A DNA stretch of 64,000 nt from a virus (Duplodnaviria; Heunggongvirae; Uroviricota; Caudoviricetes). Each line of letters starts with the position of its first letter. Position 1 is the first letter of the stretch. The stretch is from the IMG/VR virus record IMGVR_UViG_3300008108_000013; one strand, 5' to 3'. This document shows, piece by piece, positions 27,702 to 36,486 of the stretch. Below the pieces are notes generated by a model, which worked only from the letters and a program-made list of their open reading frames with translations, was not told the origin of the DNA and searched no databases. A program made the translations under genes and the position numbers.

Positions 27702-28868
27702 ATGTCTGAACTACTAAACGGCCGTTGGGCGGAAACCAAAGAGGCTCTATTAGAAGGCCTACAAGGTACCAAGCGTAGCGTAATGGGAGTTACTTTAGAG
27801 AATACTCGCAAGTATCTTTCAGAATCAGCTACAGCAGGTTCTACTTCTGCCGGCAACGTTGCAACCCTAAACCGCGTGATCCTCCCAGTGATCCGTCGTG
27901 TTATGCCAACCGTTATTGCTAACGAGTTGGTTGGCGTACAGCCAATGACTGGACCAGTGGGTCAAATCCATACTTTACGTGTTCGTTACGCTGAAACTGA
28001 TTCTTCAGGTTCTGTAACAGTAACAGCAGGTGAAGAGGCACTAAGCCCATTCAAGATTGCTGAATCTTATTCAGGTGCTACAACAGGTCGTGCTGCCTCA
28101 ACAGCTAGCCTAGAAGGTGCCGCTGGTAAGAAGATGAGCATTCAAATCCTCAAGCAAACAGTTGAAGCTAAGACACGTAAGTTATCAGCTCGCTGGACAT
28201 TTGAGGCTGCTCAAGATGCACAAGCTCAACAAGGCATTGACATCGAAGCAGAAATCATGGCTGCTCTAGCACAAGAAATTACAGCTGAAATTGATCAAGA
28301 GATTCTAAATTCTCTATACAGTTTAGCTGGCTCAGCAGTTGAAGCTTTCGACCAGAACGCAGTTTCAGGTACAGCTACATTCGTTGGTGACGAGCATGCC
28401 GCATTGGCTGTTCAGATCAATCGTGTTAGCAACTTGATCGCTCAGCGTACACGTCGTGGTGCTGGTAACTGGGCAGTTGTTAGCCCATACGCATTGACTG
28501 TTCTACAGTCTGCTACTACTTCAGCATTTGCACGTACAACTGAAGGCACATTTGAAGCACCTACAAACACTAAGTTTGTTGGTACATTAAACAACGCTAT
28601 GAAGGTTTATGTAAACACATACGCTGGCGACAGCACAGACGTATTAGTTGGTTACAAAGGTTCAAGCGAGAGTGATGCGGCTGCATTCTACTGCCCATAC
28701 ATTCCTCTAATGAGCTCTGGTGTTGTGTTAGATCCATCAACATTCGAACCAGTCGTATCATTCATGACACGTTATGGTTATGTTGAGCTAACAAACACAG
28801 CTTCATCTCTAGGTAACGCCGCTGACTACTTAGGTCGCGTAAGCCTAAGCAACGTTTCTTTCAAGTAA
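27702..28868 (+). CDS. gp23: Major capsid protein gp23
   Basis: IRRVMPTVIANELVGVQPMTGPVGQI, VEAKTRKLSARWTFEAAQD, EITAEIDQE, FYCPYIPL, FMTRYG. A possible gp21 cleavage site LSE/S lies near residue 41. Confidence 0.97.
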   Translation: MSELLNGRWAETKEALLEGLQGTKRSVMGVTLENTRKYLSESATAGSTSAGNVATLNRVILPVIRRVMPTVIANELVGVQPMTGPVGQIHTLRVRYAETDSSGSVTVTAGEEALSPFKIAESYSGATTGRAASTASLEGAAGKKMSIQILKQTVEAKTRKLSARWTFEAAQDAQAQQGIDIEAEIMAALAQEITAEIDQEILNSLYSLAGSAVEAFDQNAVSGTATFVGDEHAALAVQINRVSNLIAQRTRRGAGNWAVVSPYALTVLQSATTSAFARTTEGTFEAPTNTKFVGTLNNAMKVYVNTYAGDSTDVLVGYKGSSESDAAAFYCPYIPLMSSGVVLDPSTFEPVVSFMTRYGYVELTNTASSLGNAADYLGRVSLSNVSFK

Positions 28869-28896
28869 TCCGTTACTTAAAGAACTATGCAAGATT

Positions 28897-28921
28897 AGCC
28901 CACTTCGGTGGGCTTTCTCTT
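28897..28921 (+). terminator. Rho-independent terminator after the major capsid gene
   Basis: AGCCCAC-TTCG-GTGGGCT followed by TTCTCTT. Confidence 0.85.
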
Positions 28922-28927
28922 GATCAG

Positions 28928-29016
28928 CTAAATAATAATGTCTAATATGAGCTTGCCTTGTAGCAAGACTTATGCAGAATCCCTCTGCGTAGACCTAGAA
29001 CGTCATATTTAAGGAG
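28928..29016 (+). promoter_or_regulatory. Late promoter (CTAAATA) plus structured 5' leader
   Basis: AATATGA/TCATATT closes CTTGC/GCAAG and TATGCAGA/TCTGCGTA hairpins immediately before the AAGGAG RBS. Confidence 0.6.
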
Positions 29017-29023
29017 AAAACAA

Positions 29024-29749
29024 ATGGGACGTCCATTAAACAAAAAATATTTTGCCAATACAAACTATCAAGATTTTGGCACAGCAAATGTTGGTGGCGA
29101 AAGCGTTGCCAGCGTAACCGCACCAGCAGGTACACTAGCTGATTTAGAAACAGGAACATTTACAATTCCTGCGGCAAGTATTACTGCCCCAGACATCACC
29201 GGCGGCGCAAAGCCAGTTTTACAAGTAGTTGTAACCGGTGCAACAACATATACAGTAAGTGTTGTATCAGCAGGTTCAGGATATACAAGTGCTCCAACAA
29301 TTACATTTAACGGCAGTATTACAGGCGGATCTGCTTCAGGTAGTTCTACACCAGTAGCAACACTAACATCTAGTACATCTGCTCGTCAGAACGGTATTAA
29401 GTGTGAAACACAATACGGTTCAGGCGACAGCGAAATTACTACCGGCGACATTATTAAACAAGAAAGTTCTAAGCGTTATAAAGTTCAAACATCTCAAGGT
29501 ACTGGTTTCTTTACACTAGTAACAACTGAATCTAAATCAGCCGGCGAAATGTCAATTATGGCAACTGACAGCGCAGGCGGCACATACCTTGTTAAGAAAT
29601 TAACTGCTCGTAAAGCAGTTCTAGTTCCAACAGCAAATGCACACGGCGGATCAAGTTCAGCAGGAACACAGTTTGCCAGCGGCACAACTGCTAAATGGAC
29701 ATTTGGTTCAGCTGTTTTAGATACAACTGTAACTATTGCTAACCAGTAA
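29024..29749 (+). CDS. Virion structural protein (possible head decoration)
   Basis: Ser/Thr/Gly-rich with a GSGYTSAPTI repeat, own late promoter and strong RBS, directly after the capsid gene. Confidence 0.55.
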   Translation: MGRPLNKKYFANTNYQDFGTANVGGESVASVTAPAGTLADLETGTFTIPAASITAPDITGGAKPVLQVVVTGATTYTVSVVSAGSGYTSAPTITFNGSITGGSASGSSTPVATLTSSTSARQNGIKCETQYGSGDSEITTGDIIKQESSKRYKVQTSQGTGFFTLVTTESKSAGEMSIMATDSAGGTYLVKKLTARKAVLVPTANAHGGSSSAGTQFASGTTAKWTFGSAVLDTTVTIANQ

Positions 29750-29758
29750 TTAACAAAC

Positions 29759-29774
29759 GGGGGCTACGGCCCCC
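29759..29774 (+). terminator. GC-rich hairpin (attenuator, terminator or mRNA stabiliser)
   Basis: GGGGGC-TACG-GCCCCC with a UNCG-type loop. It lacks a + strand U-tract. Confidence 0.45.
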
Positions 29775-29788
29775 ACTAAGGATTTAGA

Positions 29789-30799
29789 ATGTCTAGAATA
29801 TTAAGAGTTAGTCAAAGCGACTACAGGATTAAAGTAAAAGATGAAGGTACTATTACATTAGATACCGGAGTCGATGTGGGTCTTGTTGTTATAACAGGAG
29901 ACCTAGAAGTTCGCGGAGAAACTACAACTGTTAATACTACTAATCTAGACATTGAAGATAATATTATATTTCTAAACAAAGGTGAAAGTCCTAGTCATGC
30001 AGGAGTAACTGAAGATGTATCAGGTTTAGAAATTGATCGAGGTTCTCTAGATAATGCTCAGTTTGTCTGGGACGAAAATAGAGGAACAGATGGAATGTTT
30101 GCTGTTCAAACTATAACAACAAGTGGAACAGCAACTTTATCACCAGTGGCAGCAAGTGAATATACTGCCGAAGTCGGTGAAAATATAAAATTTAATCTTG
30201 AAGATCCTGCAACTCCGGGTTCGTGGAGCGGTGCGTTTCTTGAACTAACTAATACAGATGCTACTAGCTATTCAAATGCCTTAGAAGCTGATACTTTATT
30301 GCCAACTCCGCTAGGCGATAATTGGATACCAAATAGAAAATTTGTCACAGATTATGTATTAGCCTACGATGGTATAGCAATAGTAGATAGGATATTTTAT
30401 CCGGTAGATCAACCAACCGATCCGGATACTCAAATTCAAGCATTTGAAACATCTCTAAGATTTAGTATTAAATCAGGCGGAACACTAAATCAAAGAGCTC
30501 AGATAACCAGCGCCGGATTAGACGTTGATGATATTAGAATATCTAACGATACTGTACAAACAACTGGTACAGAAAATTTAATTTTAACTGCACTAAACAA
30601 AAATGTTGACGTTGACGCTGTGCTTAACTTAACAGATCAGCCAGATCCTGCAGGTCCTACCGGCGGCAGAACGTTAATTTATTCAAAATCAGCAGTAACT
30701 ACTACACCGGGAGATAGTGGTATATACTTTACTAATAATGTAAGCACCGATGAGCTAGTGGCTAAGAATAGAGCATTACTGTTTAGTATGTTATTTTAA
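29789..30799 (+). CDS. Virion structural/fibre-associated protein
   Basis: ITGDLEVRGETTTVNTTNLDIEDNIIFLNKGE...SGLEIDRG fibre-type motif; hydrophobic C-terminus. Confidence 0.6.
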   Translation: MSRILRVSQSDYRIKVKDEGTITLDTGVDVGLVVITGDLEVRGETTTVNTTNLDIEDNIIFLNKGESPSHAGVTEDVSGLEIDRGSLDNAQFVWDENRGTDGMFAVQTITTSGTATLSPVAASEYTAEVGENIKFNLEDPATPGSWSGAFLELTNTDATSYSNALEADTLLPTPLGDNWIPNRKFVTDYVLAYDGIAIVDRIFYPVDQPTDPDTQIQAFETSLRFSIKSGGTLNQRAQITSAGLDVDDIRISNDTVQTTGTENLILTALNKNVDVDAVLNLTDQPDPAGPTGGRTLIYSKSAVTTTPGDSGIYFTNNVSTDELVAKNRALLFSMLF

Positions 30800-30808
30800 G
30801 GAACAAAC

Positions 30809-31114
30809 ATGGCAATATACAATACAGCAATTTTAACTTCAGACACTACACTAGTATCGGGATCAGGAAATCGTGCGATAACAACGGTTATTGTATGTAA
30901 TACTGGAACAGTAGATAGAGAATTAACAATGTATGCAGTTCCAAGCGGAGGATCAGTAGGGACAACATCTATGATCGTTAATGCACTATCTGTTCCAGCC
31001 GGAGATACAGTTAGTTTTGATCAAGAAAAAATGGTGTTAGGTACTGGAGACAATTTAGTAGCAAGTGCAGACGGTACAGGATTATCAGCTACAGTTAGTA
31101 CATTGGCGGTATAA
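30809..31114 (+). CDS. Small structural protein (paralog of 40553..40894)
   Basis: TTVIVCN...VPAGDT....EKMVLGTGD, a pattern shared with 40553 (VPPNQS...EKLVLSGN). Confidence 0.6.
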   Translation: MAIYNTAILTSDTTLVSGSGNRAITTVIVCNTGTVDRELTMYAVPSGGSVGTTSMIVNALSVPAGDTVSFDQEKMVLGTGDNLVASADGTGLSATVSTLAV

Positions 31115-31116
31115 TA

Positions 31117-31668
31117 ATGAGATTTTTGAAAACACTAAGTCTAAATCGTAGAACAATATACGATGATCGCCTTGCTGTAGAAACAGACAATGCAGTTGTC
31201 ATGCGTACTACGAATAATTTACTAATACCCAAAGGCAGCGACGCAGATAGACCATCTAGCCCCACCGTAGGCATGATAAGATATAATACAGACAGTAATG
31301 AAGTAGAAATCTATCAAGGGACCGGCGGCAATGCTACCTGGCGGAGTTTTAGATTTAAAGAAGCTACACAAATAACCAAAGAAACTTATATCGGCGATGG
31401 AGTTAAGGCTGTATTTGGTCCATTAAGTGTACAACCCCCTACCGTAGTTGAAGACGGTGCAACATGGACCGGGTTAAATCTTATCGTCATTGTAGGCAAT
31501 GTCTTCCAAGTGTGGGATACTAACTATGAAATATTACTAGGCGAGGATATTACACCTACTGCCGGCGATCCAGGACCGTTTACTACCGGTCAATATTATA
31601 TTAAATTTACCTCATCAAGCCCGACTGGATTAACACCTATCGTTATCATACGCGGCTTTGATCAATAA
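31117..31668 (+). CDS. Fibre/baseplate connector-like structural protein
   Basis: Contains the IPKGSDADRPSSPTVGMIRYNTDSNEVEIYQG module repeated across neighbouring fibre proteins. Confidence 0.55.
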   Translation: MRFLKTLSLNRRTIYDDRLAVETDNAVVMRTTNNLLIPKGSDADRPSSPTVGMIRYNTDSNEVEIYQGTGGNATWRSFRFKEATQITKETYIGDGVKAVFGPLSVQPPTVVEDGATWTGLNLIVIVGNVFQVWDTNYEILLGEDITPTAGDPGPFTTGQYYIKFTSSSPTGLTPIVIIRGFDQ

Positions 31669-31679
31669 AGGAGCTTTCG

Positions 31680-34600
31680 ATGAGTGAGCTTGGAAGAATC
31701 AGCGGGCCGCTACTAAAAGCAAATTTAGAAAGACACGGCGTTGACCTAGCATTTGAAACTGATTTAATCTATCTGTCAGTTGTTGCCGAAGACGAAGGTA
31801 CAAAACAGGTAGGTATTGGTATCACGACCGATGCTCCCCAAAGAGAACTACATATCGGAAATGACATTGTTTCCGAGCATAGAAAACTTCAAACTACTAA
31901 CTTAATCGTAGACAACGGCGCAGAACTAGCCGATTTATATCTCTCCGACAATAAAATACAAAATCTCTTAGACGAGATTATCATTTCTCCGAATCCGGGA
32001 TCAACACCAACAGTTGAAACAACAAGAATCGGAACACTCAACTTAAGAATTAGTGACAAGCTGATCGAAAATATTACTAGTAACAGTGATATTAATCTTA
32101 ATCCTAACGGCACTGGCGAGGTTATTTTCAATACCAGTGAAGTTGATATCGACGGGAATATGCATGCCACCGGCGATATTACTTATGATGGTAATATTAT
32201 TTTTGGTAACAGTGACAGCGATAATGTTAGCTTTAATTCTGATGTTTCTAGCGACCTTATACCAAATATCGATGATACCTATAACTTAGGATCGGTTTCT
32301 AAACAATGGAAAACACTACATGTTACTGATCTTAAAGCAGATAATTTAGTAGTAGATAATCTAATAGTTAATGGCATTGACCTGCTGTTAACCCAAGGTA
32401 AAATTTGGTATGTTAGTGTAAATGGCAATGACACTAATACCGGCGATCATTTACATGATACATTCTTAACAATTAAACATGCGCTTAGTCAAGCAACTGC
32501 CGGAGATGAGATATTAATATTTCCAGGTACATATCAAGAAGAGTGGCCTTTAGAAATTCCACAGGGCGTAACTGTAAAAGGTTCGGGTATTCGAGCAGTA
32601 ACAGTAATACCTACTCTAGAAACAAATACTGAAAGCTGTTTTTTACTAAACGGAGAAACAACTGTAGAATTTTTAACAGTTAAAGATTTTTACAGTCCTG
32701 GATATGCCTTTGAATTAGCACCTGGTTATTCTAGTTCAACAAAAAGTCCTTACATTTATAACGTAACAGTTATAACACAAGAAACTCCAGGTTCGCCAAT
32801 ATCAATAATCCCCGGGCCAGCTCCTACAGGAGTTTCTTTAACTAGTAATAGTGTAACTTTAGATAAATCATTCTATAGCCAAGCTCTTGTAGATTCTTTA
32901 GTAGGTCAAACAGCAGTTATTGATAGATATCCACTTCAACCACTGTATTATACAGTAGTATCGATCGAAACAGAACCTTTATCTCCAACACAGTGGAGGA
33001 TGACCGTAGATACGACATTTGCTCCAACCGGTCAGCTTAAACCTATCAGTTTTTATTCAAATGCAGATGCTATAGAAATAGTCACAAACGATATCTGGGA
33101 TACAACAGGAAATTCGATTGGAGAAAAATGGGTAGCTTGGTACAAATATAATTTACCTATTAATTTTGAAACTACTGTACAACCCGGGTGGACTATTAAC
33201 GTAGCAGGAACATTATACATTGTTGATTACATAATTGAAGATCCGGTTAATACTACGCAATGGAGAATTTATGTTACTACATCTCTAGTAGGCGGTACTG
33301 GTATTCCTATTTTTTCATCTCCAGTCGGTGATCCAATCATTGCCGGTGGAGGCGCCTTTATCGATGGAGGCGTAGCTAATTCTACAACTCAGCTACCACC
33401 AACTGCATTATTCTTTTCAACCACATTTATAGTACCTGGTGGTCAAGGCCTAGTTGCTACTAACGGTGCTAGAATTGAGTGGTTAAATTCATTTACTTAC
33501 TTTGCTGAAACTGGTATTAGATTAGAAACTGGAACATTAGGTGTCGGTGGATCAGGAAATACTATAGTTACCCTTGGAGATATAACGGGAACGATAACAC
33601 CAGGTGATACATTTACATATTACGATCAGTCTGGTAGTACTATTTTAGCGACAGGTATTGTAGAGGCAGTAGACGGTAACATTATAACTTTAGATGGTTA
33701 TGTTGGAAACTTAGATTTAATTAGCGAAATTACCGCAGGTACATTTACTCCGGTAGGTACTGCTAGATTAACACAATTAAATTATAAGTTTGAAACAGCA
33801 AGTTTATATTTAGACGGTGCTAGCTATGTAACAGGATCTGACAATATTCAGTTTTCTCTCGACGACGGTGATTTTTGTCTAGAAGCGTGGTTATATCCAA
33901 CAGCATTTCCTACAACAGAATGTACACTTTTCTCACAATGGGGATTGACATCAGTTGAACAGGCATACAAAGTAACATTAACATCAACGGGTGGCATTAA
34001 AGTTTATCTTAACGACGGATCTGCAACTGAACTAACTACTGGAATTGAGTATCTATTATCGGAATCCGGCGATATTATTACTGATGAATTAGGAAATCCT
34101 ATAATCAGCGAAGACGAAACTCTAATAACAGGCGCCTGGCAACACGTTGCAGTTGTTCGCTACAATGATGTGTTGAATATATATGTTGGCGGCATAAGCA
34201 AAGCATCTGTAAGTCTAGTTTCAGGTGCAGTTATCAATGACGGAACCGGTCCTTTTAACTTTGGACACACTACAGGTGACACAGAATACTATACCGGTTA
34301 TATTGACGAATTTAGATTAAGTAGAAATAATGCAATATTCACTGGAGAATTTACACCTCCAACAGCGGAATATGCAACAGTTGACAGTACAACAGCAATA
34401 TTAATGCACTTTGATGGAACTGAATCTAGCACGGTGTTTACTAACGTTAGCACTCCAATACAAAAGATAGTGCTCACAAGTGCAGTAGCTGATAGAATCA
34501 CAGGTCTAGACTATAAAGCCTTTGCCGCAGAAATGCGTAGTATAAACTCTGCAAACGTTTACGGAACATACGGTGCTGTCGCTGAAGGCCGAGATACGCT

Positions 34601-36365
34601 AGGGTACTTAATTGGGCATAACTTCGGATATATCGGATCTGGGACTGACAGTTCAAATGATAGAAGTTTAGTAGTACAGGCAAACGAAGTTGTAGAAATT
34701 GACAACGGCAAAATATATTACGACAGTGTAGATCATAAAGGCGATTATAGAGTCGGAGACATCTTCTATGTTAATCAAGAAACCGGCGATGTAGTATTCA
34801 ATGCTGAAGCAATTGATTTTTTACCGTCGGGCAGTATAGTACTTGAAGGTGCCGGTGGCACCACTACTATAAATGCACAATACATACAGACTGGAAATTT
34901 AAGGATTTACGATAATAACATTGACAGTTTAATTGGTCCAGTGAATTGGTCTGCTTTTAGTGGAACAACTACTTTAGAAACGAATGTTAATATTACAGGC
35001 GACTTAGATATTACTGGTGATTTTACTATCGACGGTACACTATATCTAGGTAATAATTCTAGCGATACAATTACGTTTAATTCTGAAATTAGCCAAGACA
35101 TAATTCCAAATACGACAGGATTAACACTAGGAGAATCATCGACTCGTTGGGATACTCTTTATGCAAGCCTATTAAATGTCGACGGTGTTATCGAAATTAA
35201 TTCGAACAGCATTTCTATTCTAACAACAGACACTAATCTAGTGCTAACTGCATCTGGAACAGGTATTATTAGCGTAGATTCTGATGTAGAAATTGATAAC
35301 AAATTAACCGTCGGAACAGGACTAACAGTAAACGGAGATTCGTCATTTAAAGATGTTGATGTATTAGGAACAATAACACAAACAGGCGATATTGATCAAA
35401 CAGGCGACTTTAATACTATAGGAAATGTAATAGCTAACAATTATATTGTTTCTGGATTAAGCAGTTATTTTGAAGTTCCCAACATTAAAATTGAAAATAA
35501 TGAAATTTCTGTCACAGCTACAAACGACGACCTAGAACTGTTAGCCAACGGCACGGGTGGTGTAGGACTTGATAATTATCTAAAACTTACCGGAACTACA
35601 ATTTCTAATGTATTTTCACCAGCTACTACAAATCAACAAAAAAGCATTGTTATCAGTCCTAGCGGAAGCGGAAATCTAGTTATAGATTCTGTAACAGCAC
35701 TACAAATACCTGCAGGAAATAACACTAACAGAGTACTGTCGTCAAACGGAGAAATACGATTTAACAATAGTTTTAGCGGTTACGAAGGGTTTGATAGAAC
35801 TGGTAATGTATCTTTAAGCGGACTCTATAGCCAACTACGAGATACCTATATTACACCGGAACTAACTATCGGTGCTAATGATAACACTTTAAGGTTTGGA
35901 ATTAATAGTGTAGTTCGTGCTACAATTGATTCAGCAAAACTATATACACCTACAGTAGATGTTGATAACATTAGAATTTCTGGAAGTACTATAAACAATA
36001 CTAGTTTAACAGAAAACTTAATATTTTCTGTTTCTGGTACTGGAAAATTAAATGTTAATTCTACAGCTATAAAAGACAGCACTATTGAAAACTTGTTAAA
36101 CACACCTTTGACTATACAATCTACCGGAGACGGATATGTTAGATTTATGGGGTCAGGTGCAGTAGTTATACCTTATGGAACTAATACTGAAAGAAGAGTA
36201 TCTCCAGAAGTTGGTGAAATCAGAAATAACAATCAAAATCCAGCCGCATGGACTATGGAAGTTTATGACGGAGTTGACTGGATATCAGCTGTAGGCACGC
36301 AAGGTGCCGCATCTCTAGAAGACATAGAAGACACTATCAATCTTTACAGCATTATCCTCGGCTAA
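31680..36365 (+). CDS. Large tail fibre/appendage protein with pectin-lyase-like and LamG/ConA-like domains
   Basis: YVSVNGND.N.G...TIKHAL beta-helix start; DFCLEAWLY...WQHVAVVR...GYIDEFRLS LamG; L..NGTG repeats. Paralog of 36487. Confidence 0.7.
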   Translation: MSELGRISGPLLKANLERHGVDLAFETDLIYLSVVAEDEGTKQVGIGITTDAPQRELHIGNDIVSEHRKLQTTNLIVDNGAELADLYLSDNKIQNLLDEIIISPNPGSTPTVETTRIGTLNLRISDKLIENITSNSDINLNPNGTGEVIFNTSEVDIDGNMHATGDITYDGNIIFGNSDSDNVSFNSDVSSDLIPNIDDTYNLGSVSKQWKTLHVTDLKADNLVVDNLIVNGIDLLLTQGKIWYVSVNGNDTNTGDHLHDTFLTIKHALSQATAGDEILIFPGTYQEEWPLEIPQGVTVKGSGIRAVTVIPTLETNTESCFLLNGETTVEFLTVKDFYSPGYAFELAPGYSSSTKSPYIYNVTVITQETPGSPISIIPGPAPTGVSLTSNSVTLDKSFYSQALVDSLVGQTAVIDRYPLQPLYYTVVSIETEPLSPTQWRMTVDTTFAPTGQLKPISFYSNADAIEIVTNDIWDTTGNSIGEKWVAWYKYNLPINFETTVQPGWTINVAGTLYIVDYIIEDPVNTTQWRIYVTTSLVGGTGIPIFSSPVGDPIIAGGGAFIDGGVANSTTQLPPTALFFSTTFIVPGGQGLVATNGARIEWLNSFTYFAETGIRLETGTLGVGGSGNTIVTLGDITGTITPGDTFTYYDQSGSTILATGIVEAVDGNIITLDGYVGNLDLISEITAGTFTPVGTARLTQLNYKFETASLYLDGASYVTGSDNIQFSLDDGDFCLEAWLYPTAFPTTECTLFSQWGLTSVEQAYKVTLTSTGGIKVYLNDGSATELTTGIEYLLSESGDIITDELGNPIISEDETLITGAWQHVAVVRYNDVLNIYVGGISKASVSLVSGAVINDGTGPFNFGHTTGDTEYYTGYIDEFRLSRNNAIFTGEFTPPTAEYATVDSTTAILMHFDGTESSTVFTNVSTPIQKIVLTSAVADRITGLDYKAFAAEMRSINSANVYGTYGAVAEGRDTLGYLIGHNFGYIGSGTDSSNDRSLVVQANEVVEIDNGKIYYDSVDHKGDYRVGDIFYVNQETGDVVFNAEAIDFLPSGSIVLEGAGGTTTINAQYIQTGNLRIYDNNIDSLIGPVNWSAFSGTTTLETNVNITGDLDITGDFTIDGTLYLGNNSSDTITFNSEISQDIIPNTTGLTLGESSTRWDTLYASLLNVDGVIEINSNSISILTTDTNLVLTASGTGIISVDSDVEIDNKLTVGTGLTVNGDSSFKDVDVLGTITQTGDIDQTGDFNTIGNVIANNYIVSGLSSYFEVPNIKIENNEISVTATNDDLELLANGTGGVGLDNYLKLTGTTISNVFSPATTNQQKSIVISPSGSGNLVIDSVTALQIPAGNNTNRVLSSNGEIRFNNSFSGYEGFDRTGNVSLSGLYSQLRDTYITPELTIGANDNTLRFGINSVVRATIDSAKLYTPTVDVDNIRISGSTINNTSLTENLIFSVSGTGKLNVNSTAIKDSTIENLLNTPLTIQSTGDGYVRFMGSGAVVIPYGTNTERRVSPEVGEIRNNNQNPAAWTMEVYDGVDWISAVGTQGAASLEDIEDTINLYSIILG

Positions 36366-36378
36366 AATACCCAAACCG

Positions 36379-36483
36379 CTAAATACTATTACTGCAAAGA
36401 GCCGACCAAGCTCTTGCGATATCAAACTGTGGTAAACCCGCAACGTAAGGTGGTTAACCGTGAAACACGGGGTATGAGGAGAG
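36379..36483 (+). promoter_or_regulatory. Late promoter (CTAAATA) plus multi-stem 5' leader
   Basis: Hairpins GCAAAGAGC/GCTCTTGC, TGTGG/CCGCA and CCGTG/CACGG, with ATATC/GGTAT closing just before GAGGAG. Confidence 0.55.
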
Positions 36484-36486
36484 CTG

